DNA from: a virus
Taxonomy: Duplodnaviria > Caudoviricetes
Strand: one strand, 5' to 3'
Length of the DNA stretch: 64,000 nt
IMG/VR virus record: IMGVR_UViG_3300049794_000047
The translations under genes were made by a program, and so were the position numbers. Below the pieces are notes generated by a model. That model saw only the letters and a program-made list of their open reading frames with translations, was not told the origin of the DNA and did not search any database. This document shows positions 63,199 to 64,000 of the stretch, piece by piece; position 1 is the first letter of the stretch; every line of letters begins with the position of its first letter.

Positions 63199-63930
63199 TC
63201 AGACCTCGACGACGAACCTAGGGTCGAAACCGTTACCCGCCTCACTCGGATAGCCACGAGGGTTGCAGACGACCCGGGTCCCGCCAGTGACGTAGTCGCG
63301 CCGCGCGTGCGTGTGCCCATGGATCCAGAGACGTGCGTCCGATTCCTCCACCAGCCCAGCAGCATCCGCCGCGACGAAAAAGCGGTTCAACGCTGATCCA
63401 GCATACTGCGGCGCGATGCTCCGCGGATGAGGCAGATGGTGAGTAACGACGACGTCACCAGGCTGTACGTTGGTCTTGAGGAACGTTAGATGCGCCCTAT
63501 GGGTGTCGTGCACCCAGGGCACGAAGTCGGCGATCAACTTGAAGTCGTTCAAGGAACTGCGGTACAGGATCTCATCCGGCGTGGCGGGGAACCACAGCGC
63601 TGCGCCGACGAACCGGGTCCCGTCGATGATGGCGACGCCGGGGTTGAGGACGTGAAGGTTGGGGATCTCCTGAGCACAAGCGGCGAGCAGTGCCTCGGCG
63701 TCTGCGGGACGCGTCCTGTAATACTCGTGGTTGCCTGGCACGAAGATCACATGAGGGAAGCGGTTGCAGAACCAACTGAATGCGCGGCGAACAGGAGTGG
63801 CCTCACGCAGTGGGATCAGGTCGCCACCAAGGACGAGCACGTCCCCGGCAACCGGCACACCGCGCGCGAATTCCTCGCCGCCGTCGCGGTCGAACTCAAA
63901 GTGTAAGTCAGAGCAGATCTGAATTCGCAC
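63199..63930 (-). CDS. calcineurin-like metallophosphoesterase
   Basis: SDLH, GGD, GNHE, THH, HGHTH and NPRGY. Confidence 0.9.
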   Translation of the reverse strand: MRIQICSDLHFEFDRDGGEEFARGVPVAGDVLVLGGDLIPLREATPVRRAFSWFCNRFPHVIFVPGNHEYYRTRPADAEALLAACAQEIPNLHVLNPGVAIIDGTRFVGAALWFPATPDEILYRSSLNDFKLIADFVPWVHDTHRAHLTFLKTNVQPGDVVVTHHLPHPRSIAPQYAGSALNRFFVAADAAGLVEESDARLWIHGHTHARRDYVTGGTRVVCNPRGYPSEAGNGFDPRFVVEV

Positions 63931-64000
63931 GGCGTTTTTATCTTTACCTGTGTAGAAGATAGACGTGTTGAGTACCGAATCGTGCCGGCACCGCTTCAAG

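Noticed and set aside
1-64000. tRNA or rRNA genes
   Set aside because: No cloverleaf or rRNA-like sequence recognised; tRNAscan/Infernal not run

Overview
A GC-rich, gene-dense stretch of a large mobile element, probably a giant provirus, jumbo phage or megaplasmid. The host is probably Myxococcota (inference). Most genes are short hypotheticals, and I found no rRNA, tRNA or housekeeping operon. (1) A type V CRISPR locus at about 47.4-57.6 kb: a small RHH gene, a VapE-like ATPase fragment and a 704-aa Cas12m (V-M/V-U1)-like effector with an intact RuvC D-E-D triad. About 63 copies of a 36-bp repeat follow in stacked sub-arrays, several with their own leader plus a remnant of a cas12 3' end. 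There is no cas1/cas2 in the window. The arrays contain a terminator-like spacer in two copies, a 2.2-kb gene cassette and a MITE. (2) An IS607 family split in parts: two TnpB elements inserted after AGGAG, each keeping an in-frame mini-tnpA leader coupled to tnpB, and one orphan tnpA. (3) A 3.36-kb composite IS1182-type transposon carrying a RAYT-like Y1 transposase and a four-helix-bundle gene. (4) Seven full copies and one partial copy of an 86-bp MITE with TAA/TTA duplications. (5) Two dispersed protein families: a beta-rich ~110-aa repeat domain (5 genes, about 10 copies) and proteins sharing a 'K-S-x-A-Q-L-x-R-E-I/V' peptide. Five copies or remnants of an HTH-zinc-ribbon gene each lie just upstream of a member of these families. 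(6) Many short tandem repeats and one 34-bp micro-inversion. Family assignments come from motif recognition by eye, not database searches.
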